A model generated the notes under the pieces. That model saw nothing but the letters and a program-made list of their open reading frames with translations. It ran no database searches and was not told where the DNA came from. A stretch of DNA of 64,000 nucleotides from Laetmonice hystrix. Taxonomy: Eukaryota. A program made the translations under genes and the position numbers. Positions 39,976 to 53,447 of this stretch are shown piece after piece (position 1 is the stretch's first letter; each line of letters starts with the position of its first letter). Where the stretch lies: positions 15,500,001-15,564,000 of the forward strand of contig OZ249445.1 of the NCBI GenBank assembly GCA_965235115.1. The letters run 5' to 3'.

Positions 39976-40869
39976 CTGCTGTATCTCCGACCACTACCTG
40001 CCTACAGCCAGGTCCGGCCTGCTGTAGCTCCGACCACTACCTGCCTACAGCCAGGTCCGACCACTACCGGCCTACAGCCAGGTCCAACCTGCCTGGCCTG
40101 CTGTAGCTCCGACCACTACCGGCCTACAGCCAGGTCCGGCCTGCTGTAGCTCCGACCACTACCGGCCTACAGCCAGGTCCGGCCTGCTGTAGCTCCGACC
40201 ACTACCGGCCTACAGCCAGGTCCGGCCTGCTGTAGCTCCGACCACTACCGGCCTACAGCCAGGTCCAACCTACCCGGCCTGCTGTAGCTCCGACCACTAC
40301 CGGCCTACAGCCAGGTCCGGCCTGCTGTAGCTCCGACCACTACCGGCCTACAGCCAGGTCCGGCCTGCTGTAGCTCCGACCACTACCGGCCTACAGCCAG
40401 GTCCAACCTACCCGGCCTGCTGTAGCTCCGACCACTACCGGCCTACAGCCAGGTCCAACCTGCCTGGCCTGCCCTAGCTCCGACCACTACCGGCCTACAG
40501 CCAGGTCCGGCCTGCTGTAGCTCCGACCACTACCGGCCTACAGCCAGGTCCGGCCTGCTGTAGCTCCGACCACTACCGGCCTACAGCCAGGTCCAACCTA
40601 CCCGGCCTGCTGTAGCTCCGACCACTACCGGCCTACAGCCAGGTCCAACCTGCCTGGCCTGCCCTAGCTCCGACCACTACCGGCCTACAGCCAGGTCCGA
40701 CCTGCCCGGCCTGCTGTAGCTCCGACCACCACCGGCCTACAGCCAGGTCCGACCACTACCGGCCTACAGCCAGGTCCGACCACTACCGGCCTACAGCCAG
40801 GTCCAACCTGCCCGGCCTGCTGTATCTCCGACCACTACCGGCCTACAACCAGGTCCAACCTGCCCGGCC
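39976..40869. repeat. Modular minisatellite (27/43/52-bp units), ~20 cores
   Basis: Core CCGACCACTACCGGCCTACAGCCAGGT with optional CCGGCCTGCTGTAGCT or CCAACCT(A/G)CC(C/T)GGCCTGCTGTAGCT modules. Confidence 0.95.
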
Positions 40870-43721
40870 GTCTTACATCAAACAAGATGAGGTGGCTGAC
40901 GGCAAACATCGAAATCTAACACGACCACTCCATAGATTAACTTCTTATTCCGGCCACTCCATAGATTAACTCGGGTTTCATCCCCATCATTAGACGGGAT
41001 CAAACGCTGAATAAGAAGTTTTTTTCTCCTGCCAGCCACAATCAACTCACGCCAACACGGGCCCATATTATGAGACCTGTCATCGGGTACGAACAATTTC
41101 TCCATTTCACCACGACCATAGTGAACTGCCGTACGGCCTCGCTGGGCATCTCATTTTGCTGTACAAATTTTGAACAGTTTTAGGTGCTGCAATATGACCA
41201 GATAACGGTAGAATATCGAGTCTTTGAGCTTCCTGACTTCACATTATACGCCATCTCTGTGCCGACTGCCCCATGCCACTGAGTGCGGAGGGAGTGGGGA
41301 TAGTGAAGGCAGTCACAATCAGTCTCAGCCGATGACGGCCTGCTGTTCGCCACAAGTAGCATTTAGTTGGCAATCACCGTCTCTCCTGCTCTCAGACTTG
41401 CATGAAACGTCTCGTGGTTTTTGCCAAGAGTTCCCACCCCACCCTACCCCTACACCAAATCTGCGAGAAAACCAAAAAATATCAAAATGAACTCATTATC
41501 ATCTTTGATATAATGGCTGTCTCTCCTCACAATACTCCTGACGCGCTGCAGCCTCTCAACTGGGGACAAAAAAGGACACCTAATGTTTCTTAATGGCTTC
41601 AGCCGGGCGGCAAGGGCTAATTTGGCCCGTGTATATGAAACAGGTTGCACGACCACGTGGCCTGCCCTGGCCGCCAGGGAATGGTGGCAGATATTGATGT
41701 GGTAGAAAGGACCCATGCACTTTGCATTGTGAAAGGAAACTGAATTGGATGGACGTTAGGCTGGAATTAGCTCCAGGGAATTAGCCATGGCCGTGCAGGG
41801 CCGGAGCCGGTTGGCGGGACTGTGTGACGGGCGGCCATGACGTGAGACTGGTGGTGGTGGTGGTGGGGGTGGTGGAGTGCCTGACCGCTGACCACTGACC
41901 ACACGCCGGGCCAGGCCGTCCAGTCTTTATACACGCCACACAGCCACTGGCTAACGGCAGAGGGGGGGGGGGAACTCTCTCACCAAATATACGTGTCACC
42001 CTTCACCTTCACCCCAAGGTCCAACCTGAGTAAAGCTTGAGGAAATTACAATTTTTATTATTTGAAGACTGATCATGATCTTACACTGCTCAGTCTCGCT
42101 TTCCTCTGCGACTTGCTGAGATTTTAATAAAGTTAAGAGAGTCACCAGTCGTTTAAATTGAAAGGCGTTGTATGTATTCTAATTTTAGATTATATTAATT
42201 AAATATCTGGATGCTGCTTTCCCCTGTGGATGCATACAGTAATATTGCCCGGTTCACACAATGAGATATATGTACAACACGTGATTAGATACATATCACG
42301 AGTATTTCCAATGTCCTAAAAGCTGAATCCTAGTATGATTAAAGGATTTCAATAACGTGTCTGGTGTACGAGAGTACATCAAAGTTAGATTTCAAGGCCC
42401 GGATACTTTGAGCTACACGTCTAAATGATGCAACCATTGATCAAATGTATGGAGAGATTCAAACACTTTTCATGTTGTAGATGCACATTAATGCTAATGC
42501 GATAGTAACTGCCTTTACTCCATTTCGCTTAATGGAATTATGAGGCGTGCTTTTAACTTTTTTTTTTAACTGCAAGGAACATATGATATGAAACTAGTTG
42601 ATGGTATACTAAAATTTCCATGGCACAAAAACATTGATCACAGTTTCCCCCCATACCTGTGTACCACGTTCTGCTATTCTACATCATTCACGTGTCATTT
42701 TCTGGTAACAAAATATCATTCTATATCCCGACTTTTCAAGATACAATATACTTTTCAATAAGCTGATTTCACACCAGCGGCCGGGTATTTTCCAGGTCTT
42801 GAGCCGGGGGCTGGGGGCAGAATTAAACCAAAAGATGTAACACTAAACACAGGAACAAAATATCAAGGTGAGAATAGGGGGCATAAGTCTTTTCTAGCAC
42901 TCCCACACAGACAAGACGATACATTCTGCCCAGCCCCGACAAATTTCTCAGCATCCATCATCAATTTCACTTAGCCATCCCAACCTTTCTTAGCCTAATC
43001 AATTAATAGTCACATGCCATATGTGGCAAACATCCCGCCTTTCACCACGTGATGGATGACACGTCACTCCCCCCTCCCTCCCTCCCAGCCGTTGTGTACC
43101 ATGCTTTGGTGCTGGAGTTTCCAGCCGCCAGAATCTACGTACGTCAGTTCCATTTTTAACTTTGTTCAGCCGTGTTTAGTTTTAAAACACATCATTCAGG
43201 AGGCCATGCCGCAGGATTTGGTGCCGTGACCAGGATCTCCTGTTATTGCCATGTCAATGCTGTGACCTGCAGATCTCAGTATAACGTAACCAGAATTTCT
43301 TTGGTACGAGGAGACTCGTGCAGGTTTCAGTTCCGTGTCCACGTTTACCGGTTTATGAGGGGCCTGTCAGCTCCCCACACAAATGGCATGCTGCCTCAGT
43401 ACCAGACACGCTGTTGTATCCTACCAACACTGCCAACGACCATAACGCATGTTGTTATATCATCGACTAAACAAAATCCTATGAGATCTAAATCTCTCAG
43501 TCCATGCTCGGCTGATCGTGCTCCATCAAAACGATCACGGTTATGACCCCCCACATCATCAAAAGCCCGTTATCTTCAGGGTTTCCTCTATACATAAATG
43601 GGCGGTTTTCGTGCTGCACTATCCGAGCCTGAGTAAATGGCAGAGAGGCGGTATGTAACAGGGCAGGCCTGGCTGACGACAGTTAATCGTCCAGACTCGG
43701 GCCACCGGACTGAGGGATCAC

Positions 43722-43946
43722 TGGGATCCGGGACAAGTAATAATTGTCGAGGAAACCCCAAGAACATACAATATTGCCAAAACAAAACAATTGAGAAAAA
43801 TGAAAAGCTCAATTGATGATGAAAATCCAAAGGCTCGTACGGAATATCAAATAGTTTTAAGGAGTTTGGGAACCACTTTGAAAGCCGAGACGTTTTTCTG
43901 TGACAACCTAGAACATCCGCAAAACTGCACTGAATTGTCAAGGTGA
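43722..43946 (+). pseudogene. Possible decayed Ty3/Gypsy pol C-terminal fragment
   Basis: The 74-codon open stretch begins WDPGQVIIVEETPRTYNI, resembling the W.P..V.....PRSY.V motif after Gypsy integrase. No RT or integrase core was seen. Confidence 0.3.
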
Positions 43947-44140
43947 CCTGAGAAATACGATACTATATGCTACCGTAGCCTATAGGTTGAATTATAACTG
44001 CCATATGTTGATATCAAACGCACCCTGTATTTGGTGTGTAGGCACCTTTAGCTCCAACCTCTACGATCTCTGCCAGAGCCTGTACTCAATGAACGAGAGG
44101 GAGCGCCCACATCAAAGACCACTCTACTCCAATCTACAAT

Positions 44141-44848
44141 ACCACCTGCGCACCCATCTCTGCCTTCAAGACTACATCAAGTACGTGCTACAAACCCGTG
44201 GACATAGGTTTGGGGGTTCCTCCCTGACCACCACCTGCGCACCCATCTCTGCCTTCAAGACTACATCAAGTACGTGCTACAAACCCGTGGACATAGGTTT
44301 GGGGGTTCCTCCCTGACCACCACCTGCGCACCCATCTCTGCCTTCAAGACTACATCAAGTACGTGCTACAAACCCGTGGACATAGGTTTGGGGGTTCCTC
44401 CCTGACCACCACCTGCGCACCCATCTCTGCCTTCAAGACTACACCAAGTACGTGCTACAAACCCGTGGACATAGGTTTGGGGGTTCCTCCCTGACCACCA
44501 CCTGCGCACCCATCTCTGCCTTCAAGACTACACCAAGTACGTGCTACAAACCCGTAGACATAGGTTTGGGGTTCCTCCCTGACCACCACCTGCGCACCCA
44601 TCTCTGCCTTCAAGACTACACCAAGTACGTGCTACAAACCCGTGGACATAGGTTTGGGGGTTCCTCCCTGACCACCACCTGCGCACCCATCTCTGCCTTC
44701 AAGACTACATCAAGTACGTGCTACAAACCCGTGGACATAGGTTTGGGGGTTCCTCCCTGACCACCACCTGCGCACCCATCTCTGCCTTCAAGACTACACC
44801 AAGTACGTGCTACAAACCCGTGGACATAGGTTTGGGGGTTCCTCCCTG
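44141..44848. repeat. 89-bp tandem repeat, 8 copies
   Basis: ACCACCTGCGCACCCATCTC recurs at 44141, 44230, 44319, 44408, 44497, 44585, 44674 and 44763. Confidence 0.97.
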
Positions 44849-45275
44849 GCCGCTGATGGCTGTAGGAACTGTTTGAACAGTACCATCTGAGGAGCGTCTC
44901 AAGATCTCTTAAACGTGATTGAACGTACCGTCTCCAGACGCGCTTAGAATATTGGTTTAAAAGTCTTGTTATAAGTGAGGCGAAAAAATGGAAGATTAAT
45001 TAAAACCTGGGTGGGGCGAACTTTGACCTAATTTGCCCTCAGTGACCATGAGAAAACGGTAGATATAATACTGTTAAAACATAACTGCAGACGTATAAAT
45101 ATGATGTATGCTTCACACGAGGTCTTGTATACCAAGTCGGTATTAGTCAATGTGCACGAGTAATGAAGGACAGGACATGACCGATGACTCAGTGACCATA
45201 CACCAAATATCTCGGGACCCATCAGTACCTAGTTCAAGGTCAGAATGATCAGTCTGATATAGGTGATAGTCCGGA

Positions 45276-45680
45276 GGGGGGGGGGGGGGGGTCACAGCCA
45301 GGATTACCTGGGTGGCGGGGGGGGGGGGGTCACAGCCAGGATTACCTGGGTGGCGAGGGGGGGGGTGTCACAGCCAGGATTACCTGGGTGGCCGGGGGGG
45401 GGGGGGGTCACAGCCAGGATTACCTGGGTGGCAAGGGGGTGTCACAGCCAGGATTACCTGGGTGGCGAGGGGGGGGGGGGTGTCACAGCCAGGATTACCT
45501 GGGTGGCGAGGGGGGGGGGTCACAGCCAGGATTACCTGGGTGGCGAGGGGGGGGGGGTGTCACAGCCAGGATTACCTGGGTGGCAAGGGGGGGGGTCACA
45601 GCCAGGATTACCTGGGTGGCGAGGGGGGGTCACCGCCAGGATTACCTGGGTGGCGAGGGGGGGGGGGTCACCGCCAGGAT
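45276..45680. repeat. ~32-42 bp minisatellite with variable poly-G spacers, 11 copies
   Basis: G(n)TCACAGCCAGGATTACCTGGGTGGCGA, with n about 4-16. Confidence 0.95.
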
Positions 45681-46987
45681 TAGTATTATTCGTGAAATGA
45701 TCAGTATTTGACTGTAACCAATCTGGGTTTGCACAGGATAAGAACAATCCGACCCCACTTAGGTTTTCTCCTAATATTACATCGTTTAAGGTCAAGAGAA
45801 TAATCAAACGGGTTAAACAAGAAGAGGAAGGAATTCATCCATATTATAATAGAGACACTGACATACACGGATACCAATCAATCATTTCAATCATTTATAT
45901 AGTTAGTCAAACAGATCTTTTGTTTGCCCATTCTTCATGTTAATTAAGTAGGGTGAACTTTTCATCCCAGTTCACCTGGGCAAACAAAAACCTTTTAGCA
46001 CGGCATCCAAAGCGTTGTTATTACATAATCTGTTAACGTTGGCGAGATCTACCACTCGGAGCGCCAGACTTGTGCTTAGATTATCAATTTGTCTCTCAGA
46101 CCAGGCCGGTCAGGCTCCCGGTCAGCTTGTTAATAATTGAGACACACTCTCCACCACATTCTACATATTCTGACACGGACTATTGGCCAAACATAAACAA
46201 CCTATCCGTCTACGATGATATTTCAAATAGCGTGTGGAAATGGGGGAAGAGCAGTCTATCAAGAGTCTACCATTTTACCACGCCACCAGAACGGTGTAGC
46301 AAGCAACTTTCATGGGGTTCCTAATCAGACAGCCTCCCCCGTTGTCAACACAAGTGTCATCCTGTTTGCAGGTTTTAGCTTGAGTGCGTCTTTCTTTAAT
46401 ATTGCACCAGACCGTCTCGTCTCAGACGGTAGTAGCCTTAGGGCACTGCTGGCTGGAATTGTTTCTGGCTGGAAGTAGTCACTGTGTTTGCGTGGGTGGG
46501 TGGGTGGGTGTATGTTTGGGTGGTGACGGAGGTGGAGGGGGAGGGGGATTTCACGACTATCATACAGCCTTCATGATTATCCCTCACGTCCAACCTTCGT
46601 CTGCCCCAGCTGGGGATACGTCCCGCTCACCTGGTCAATTCTAGTTTAATTTGATTGAAATATTAAATTGGTATTATCAATGTAGGAGGTGGCCCCCAGA
46701 CCTGATGCTAACAGACTGATTTATACAATACACCAAAAGCTCTCCAAACAAGACTTTTACCATACTATGTCGGCCTACATTAGCATTATACTTGCATGCG
46801 TACTTTCATCCCAAACAAATCGTAAAGATCACAAGGATCAAATATCAAAAAAAAAAATGGAAATGAGAGATAGAGAGAGACAGAAAACGAAAAAGATCTC
46901 AAGGCCTTTACTCAACCCTGCAACTGTAGAAAATCGATGATGGTGAATCACAGAGCATAAACGAGAATGTCAACTGATCATAAACTT

Positions 46988-47521
46988 GGGGGGGGGGAGA
47001 CAGAAAATAGGAGTTCCACCTTGTTTGTGAGAAGTAGGGGGAGACAGAAAATAGGAGTTCCAACTTGTTTGTGAGCAGTAGGGGAGAGACAGAAAATAGG
47101 AGTTCCACCTTGTTTGTGAGCAGTAGGGGGAGAAACAGAAAGTAGGAGTTCCAACTTGTTTGTGAGCAGTATAGGGGGAGAAACAGAAAGTAGGAGTTCC
47201 ACCTTGTTTGTGAGCAGTAGGGGGAGAAACAGAAAGAAGGAGTTCCAACTTGTTTGTAAGCAGTAGGGGGAGAGACAGAAAATAGGAGTTCCACCTTGTT
47301 TGTGAGCAGTAGGGGAGAAACAGAAAGTAGGAGTTCCACCTTGTTTGTAAGCAGTAGGGGAGAAACAGAAAGTAGGAGTTCCAACTTGTTTGTAAGCAGT
47401 AGGGGGAGAAACAGAAAGTAGGAGTTTCAACTTGTTTGTAAGCAGTAGGGGAGAAACAGAAAGAAGGAGTTCCAACTTGTTTGTAAGTAGTAGGGGAGAA
47501 ACAGAAAGTAGGAGTTCCACC
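46988..47521. repeat. ~45-bp minisatellite, ~12 copies
   Basis: Unit GGGGAGAAACAGAAAGTAGGAGTTCCA(C/A)CTTGTTTGT(G/A)AGCAGTA. Confidence 0.95.
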
Positions 47522-50399
47522 TTATTGGTGTTTTATTACAGAATTCATGCACGTCTGCCGTGCCGGTGAGTGACAGTGCGTTGTGCACGATGACGTATCG
47601 ACCACATTCAGTGGGCGCCTATCATATCAATCTTGCTCCAACAATATCCAACCTGCCACCTCTTTGTTATGCCGTAATCAATCAACAACAGCACTGCCAC
47701 TATCAAATTTCCTAATTCGAAAGCATAGCCTTAATATTTAAGGCAAAAAATGAAGGGAGAAAAAAGAAAAAAAATATTGATTCTTTTATTCCTTTTCATG
47801 TTTAAAAAGCGAGCTGCAAGTCTTTAATTGAATCCTCACATTTGAGAGGAACAAGTGTACAGTTAAGTAGATCAGTGAATATTTATATCTCTCCAAACAT
47901 TTGTACCAGTGGTGGTTGACTTGGGCGACTGATATGAAAACAAAGCTGGCCTCAGCTAATGGACTGTCTGTTTTACAATACAACTCCTGAATAAGGCTCT
48001 CGAAATTGGAAACTCTGACCTAGAAACAGTGACTACCAAGAGAGCACCTGACAGAAACAATAACTGCCACGATCACTGAGGACCAAACTGTTACTGCTGG
48101 GAGCACAGACTTTCAACAGTGTTCAAATAGTTCTGGGACCAAGTGTCCCAAGCCTGACTCCCAATCAACGGTAAACCCTTTGTACCAATCAGAGCTATTA
48201 TTAAAATAGCTTGAGACTGATGTAAGACCTTATTCACTTCACACTTCAATAGATATTCGGATATGTATGATCTATATCGTGCCCCAGCTAAATACAAAAC
48301 GAAACTCACTCATACTTTACTATGTACATGTACTTATATATTACCGTTATAATATGTACACATATTGGGTAAGATGACCGGCTATAGTGGTTAATAAAAT
48401 AAGAATGTACGGCATTCATCAAGAGATGTATAGTGACATGGCTAACATTATCTCAACAAAGGTCCCAGGTCATTAGGTGCGATCCAATCCAAAATTCATC
48501 ATTGAGCTGACTACCCTTGCTTATCTCTGCGCGACGTTCGGTCCCCACGGTATCAAGTATAATCATGGGTGGCAGAGAATGAACATCCACCAAGGTCGCA
48601 CCTCATCAGGGACATATAAACATCCACCTATATATCCACAACCCTATTGTTGCTACAATATCCTATTAAACATCATGCATTAATCATCACAATTATCAAT
48701 ACATACATATAACCTGGATGGTCTGAATAAAGGCTGACAGTGTATACGTGTCACCGGCTGTCTATTTTATTTTATTTTATTTCCCATAAAAACCGAACCC
48801 GGTCAGTTCCTGGAATGACCACAAATGTCTATTCGGGAGACAATATTGCTTACACTGGTTCAACCACACACTTTTGTTAAGTAAATGTGCCTCGACCGTC
48901 TGATCCTGCTCTTCAAGGCATGGTGGCAGCCTTTGGTTGGGGGTGAACTGTCCCCTTTGAAGCACCTATATTTAACAGTATTGATTTGGTGGAGTCTTAC
49001 TCAGCAGTTCTGGGAGCAGGCCTGGAGTTACGGCGGTCGGAGCTGAACACCGTAACCATGAGGTAAATTGAGATTGTTATCATTATTGGTACGTTGTTGT
49101 CTCAAAATAAAACATTCAGACAACGTCAAGTCTAGTTGTAGGCTACTGTTGAGCTGGCAGCACTTTCACAGCTTGCCGTCTTGTTGACCTAACGAAAACG
49201 TGGAGAACAGGCTTCGATTTATCACCTGGGCTAACAAATCGGGCAAACATGCACACAAAGACTAAAAGATTAAAGCCCTATTAAAACGCAGGAGACCACA
49301 TGTTCCAATCTGAGTGTCGGCAAACATGGAGCATGGCTGGGTGAAGCCAATGGATGTTGTGGGTCAGAGTCAGTGTTGTAGGGGCACGTTTTACACCGAC
49401 TTTATCCCTCACTATATGATCCCAGCTCTCTTCTATAAAACACAAATTAACATAATGCCAAAGTTCAAAACTGACACATAAAAATTTAATTTGCTTTCGT
49501 CTAGTTTTAATAAAGAGAATCCTTCCCTTGATGTAGTGTAGAATATGGCTGGCCAGCACAAGGTGTGAAAGGGGCCGCTCTCTCTCTCCATGCTCCCTGC
49601 CACACTGAAGTGTCTTCTGATGTTGTCGCCTGGAGGCGGCCGGTATATCGACACTAGAACCGGAGGAAACTCAGGAATGCCACTACTGGAGACTACTACT
49701 CCAGACATAGGGTAAGGGGGTCGGCTTGCCGGGTGGGGTGGGGTGGGGTGGGGGATTGAGGGGGACACAAGTACAGACAACCGACTGGCCCACATCAAAC
49801 ACCACCTCCCACAGCCACTCGTATTGCTGAGAACATTTTCTTGCCGTTTGTAACGAGCGCATCATCTCCAAACGTCCATCAACCCGCCTCCAAACACCGC
49901 CCCATATCTCCTTCCTGAGACGGCCACTGTCGCTCAATGTCTACGGCATTGTCTTATCACTGGCAGAGATTACCGGCCAACGACTGCCAACTTCTGCAAA
50001 CAATCTAGGGCTGGCAGTCTCCAGACCGACTGAGAGCGGAGGGAGGGGGCTGATTTAGTCAGGATCTTTCTGTATGCTGCCCGAAATGTATCGTGCTGTT
50101 TCAATCAGTGATCAGCTACAACAGTCAGTCTATATCTGGATGGCTCCTTACAACGGCAGATGTCGTAAATCTCTCGCTTTAAGTCAGACAAAAGAAACAA
50201 TATGTCCCTGCAGATATCATCTACAATCCCCCGAGCTTTCAAACTGTCGTGAAACTTTTTATGAGTTGTATAAGGAATCAATTCATCAAGATTTCAGCCT
50301 TAAAAAATCGCCAGATGCTGGAACATTAAGAAAAGAGTAGACTCAATCTGACAATAGTATAGGGCGTATTCCCGGTGTGCAGGTTTCGCTTGTATCATC

Positions 50400-50510
50400 T
50401 CATTATCATCACTATCATCATCGCCATCATCATCATCACATTTACCGACAGGACATAAAACCACCACCCCACCACCACCACCACCACCCCACCACCACCA
50501 CCACCACCGC
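50400..50510. repeat. Compound (CAT)n/(CAC)n microsatellite
   Basis: Direct inspection. Confidence 0.9.
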
Positions 50511-51666
50511 CACCATCAGGCCTGTCGCCCTGTGTATGGACAGTGCTGCAGGGCGGCCATGTATGAACCCCTGGGCCATGTTCCCACCCTTGACTCCCTT
50601 CACACCTTCCCGGACTACCATACCCCAGCCAGACACTTGCCCCTGACCCAGTCTGTATACAGACCCATTGATCCCAACCACGTCAGCAGGACCTAGGATC
50701 TGTACACACTGGGACACTACAAGCCTATCCTAGACATGATGGCTAGTCTTCTAAAATCATTCACTGTTAACTAATTTGATTGTGTCGATTTGGCGAGTCT
50801 TGAATAAAACCAATCTATTTTCAATAAAAAGCTATCACTCAAGCCCTTATATGAAAGCTGATAACATTTTATTGCCTACAACCTCACGCCTGTTACTGTT
50901 GGGCCCGTTTTCAACTAAATATCATTGAAATCAATACACTTGTATATTAATCAGTATGAAGGTTTAGATGACAATGCCTGTCTACATGAGAGAATTCTAG
51001 ACAATCACATACAAGCCCCGCGCAGCCATAGATTGGATGTCAACAGAATAAAGCCATGATGGTGGACAGAAAAAGTCCATTAGTGTTGCTGCAGCAGGTG
51101 TTCGCTGTGAGATCAGTGACAGTTCGCCCGTTAATCAGCTCCTTGTTGATTTCATAAACTCTCGACAACCACAGGCTTTGTCCTATAGACTTCTCCGACA
51201 GACCAAATTGTAACAGCCACCACTGATCTCAGTAATCAAAAAGCTTGCTACAACTCTCATCCAATTAACCACCTCAAAGCAGCACAATTCAAGCCTGGTG
51301 GCCTGTTACAATTTTCGGATTAATACGAAGTGATTCGGTTGAGAAAGATCATGTTCAGGGAGACTGCCTACACTCTTTGCTTCACAGTAACACTTCAAAA
51401 CATTGAACTGCTTCATTAATTTATGTCTTATTTTCTTGAAAAGAGTTTTTCATAAATTCGAATCATTTGGCACGCTTCACTTACATCCCAATTAATGGAA
51501 GACTCAAGGGGTTTTTAACTGTGGTTTTTTGCTCACTTCCCACGAGTGTTGCCAAGCTTTCCCTCTCTGCAGTCGTTCAACTGATACACTGCCCTCAAGG
51601 CTGCAAGGCTCACATTTCAAGTTCACAGGCATCAGGGCCAAGACGAAGCCTGTCACAGAGCCCCAT

Positions 51667-51737
51667 TTATATATACTACTTACAGCCACCGTCCGTAAAC
51701 TACTTACAGCCGCCGTCCGTATATACTACTTACAGTC
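51667..51737. repeat. ~28-bp tandem repeat, 3 copies
   Basis: TATACTACTTACAGCC(A/G)CCGTCCGT. Confidence 0.8.
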
Positions 51738-53110
51738 GCCGCCCCTTCCCTGTACCGGGGGCGAGCATTACATAGGGAGCCGTTCTAGACAGCATTAACT
51801 CGTCGTCCTTGCTCACACAGACCCCCAAAAAACTTTAAATCTTTCATCTCATGTTGGCAAAGACTCTGCGGTCTCAACTTCTTGCTGATGCATCATTGGC
51901 ACCATGAACGAAAGCAGGTCTGACACAGCGCCTGGATTGTTGGCGTTAGTGGTTTTATTTAACGACTCTCCGTAAGGCCCCATTACGTCCGCTAACCGGT
52001 ACGAACACAGAACCGGACAATTTAACTCTGGTTATCTGTCTTCATGTTTTTCTCCCTGTCCCTGCCCTCTCTGCCGGTGTCTGAGTGTGACTCGAGGCTG
52101 TCCTGGATGCAGGGTTAAGTGGCTGACCAGGCCCGGGGAGAGCGACATGCTGGGACCGGTCTGACCACGGTCAGTGTATTTTCTGTCAGGTCGGGAGAGT
52201 GGTCCATTTGACAACGTAACGAGTTCCTCGCATGCTTCCACCAATTGGGACTCAAGGAACATTAGATCAGTAGGCACTCTCACTCCTGAGTCGTGCTAAG
52301 ACGTGTCAAATACGTATCAATATACCAGGACCTCTGCCGTGGTGGAGGTGGGTTTGTGGGTGGGGTGAGTGATCGGTCAGCTGGGACTGGGGTGACATGT
52401 TAAACGGGTAGCCTGATTATGTCCCCCATCGACCATACCCGTCCCACAATACAACCATACGACAACACAACGACAGAAACCAGATCACTTCAACGGCGTA
52501 ATCTCGCTGTGTGTACACGTCATAATGATAAACAACGGTCAATCCCATTCATTCAAACAATTTCAGTATGCCAGCCTTATCAACTGATTCCTGACCACTG
52601 CCATATACCTGGATCGGGGGGGGGGGGGGTGTTTGGATTAGTATTGGATTATGTACGATATACATGTAATGGTATTACCTTATGGTATGTACACAAAGTA
52701 AAAGGTATGACTACCATACACGCAATGTTGAGAGGAAAACCTTATGCAGGAAACTCTAAAAAATACTGGTCTCTTTTGTTACGATATCATGGCAATATTC
52801 AACTCTCATATCGCCTACCAAACATCGACACCCTTTCATGAGTTCATACAGACAAGTTTAATCAACACTTTTAGAACATTTAAGAGCAACCACCCCAACC
52901 CCCCTCAATTATTAATAAAGGCTAAAAAATCAATCGATCCCTCGTTAAAAAAAGCATTTCATCACACCTGCCAGATTTAACATGGAAATGATGTAATTTA
53001 CTCATTCCTAACAAATGGACTGGTCATGAAATTCAAACGAGCTCGATTTTTCCCCCGTTTCGGTCAATGATCACGACGTGTAATTTCCCTCTCTAATACC
53101 GAGCGTAAAT

Positions 53111-53447
53111 CACCTTTCTGACTTCAAGCCATAAACTGTCACCAACCCTGTGTACTGGGATTAAAATTAGTTCAATATGTCAAACTTTCCCTCACCTTTC
53201 TGACTTCAAGCCACAAACTGTCACCAACCCTGTGTACTATAGGATTAAAATTAGTTCAATATGTCAAACTTTCCCTCACCTTTCTGACTTCAAGCCACAA
53301 ACTGTCACCAACCCTGTGTACTATAGGATTAAAATTAGTTCAATATGTCAAACTTTCCCTAACCTTTCTGACTTCAAGCCACAAACTGTCACCAACCCTC
53401 TGTATACTAGGATTAAAATTAGTTCAATGATGTCAAACTTTCCCTCA
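53111..53447. repeat. 84-bp tandem repeat, 4 copies
   Basis: CACCTTTCTGACTTCAAGCC at 53111, 53193, 53277 and 53361. Confidence 0.95.

Noticed and set aside
41100-41152. Minus-strand DAQRGRTAVHYG, ankyrin-like
   Set aside because: A single partial motif directly preceded by a stop; the rest does not fit the repeat.
42085-42115. Minus-strand 31-nt exon-like QVAEESETEQ
   Set aside because: Weak pyrimidine tract, the length breaks the frame, and there is no family similarity.
44125-44190. LYSNLQYHLRT...ISAFKT as an L2/CR1 RT tail
   Set aside because: Needs a frameshift and has few identities; the upstream PRT...RAFS motif is missing.
52032-52283. Minus-strand LESQLVEACEEL, coiled-coil-like
   Set aside because: No match to the liprin N-terminus and no convincing splice sites.
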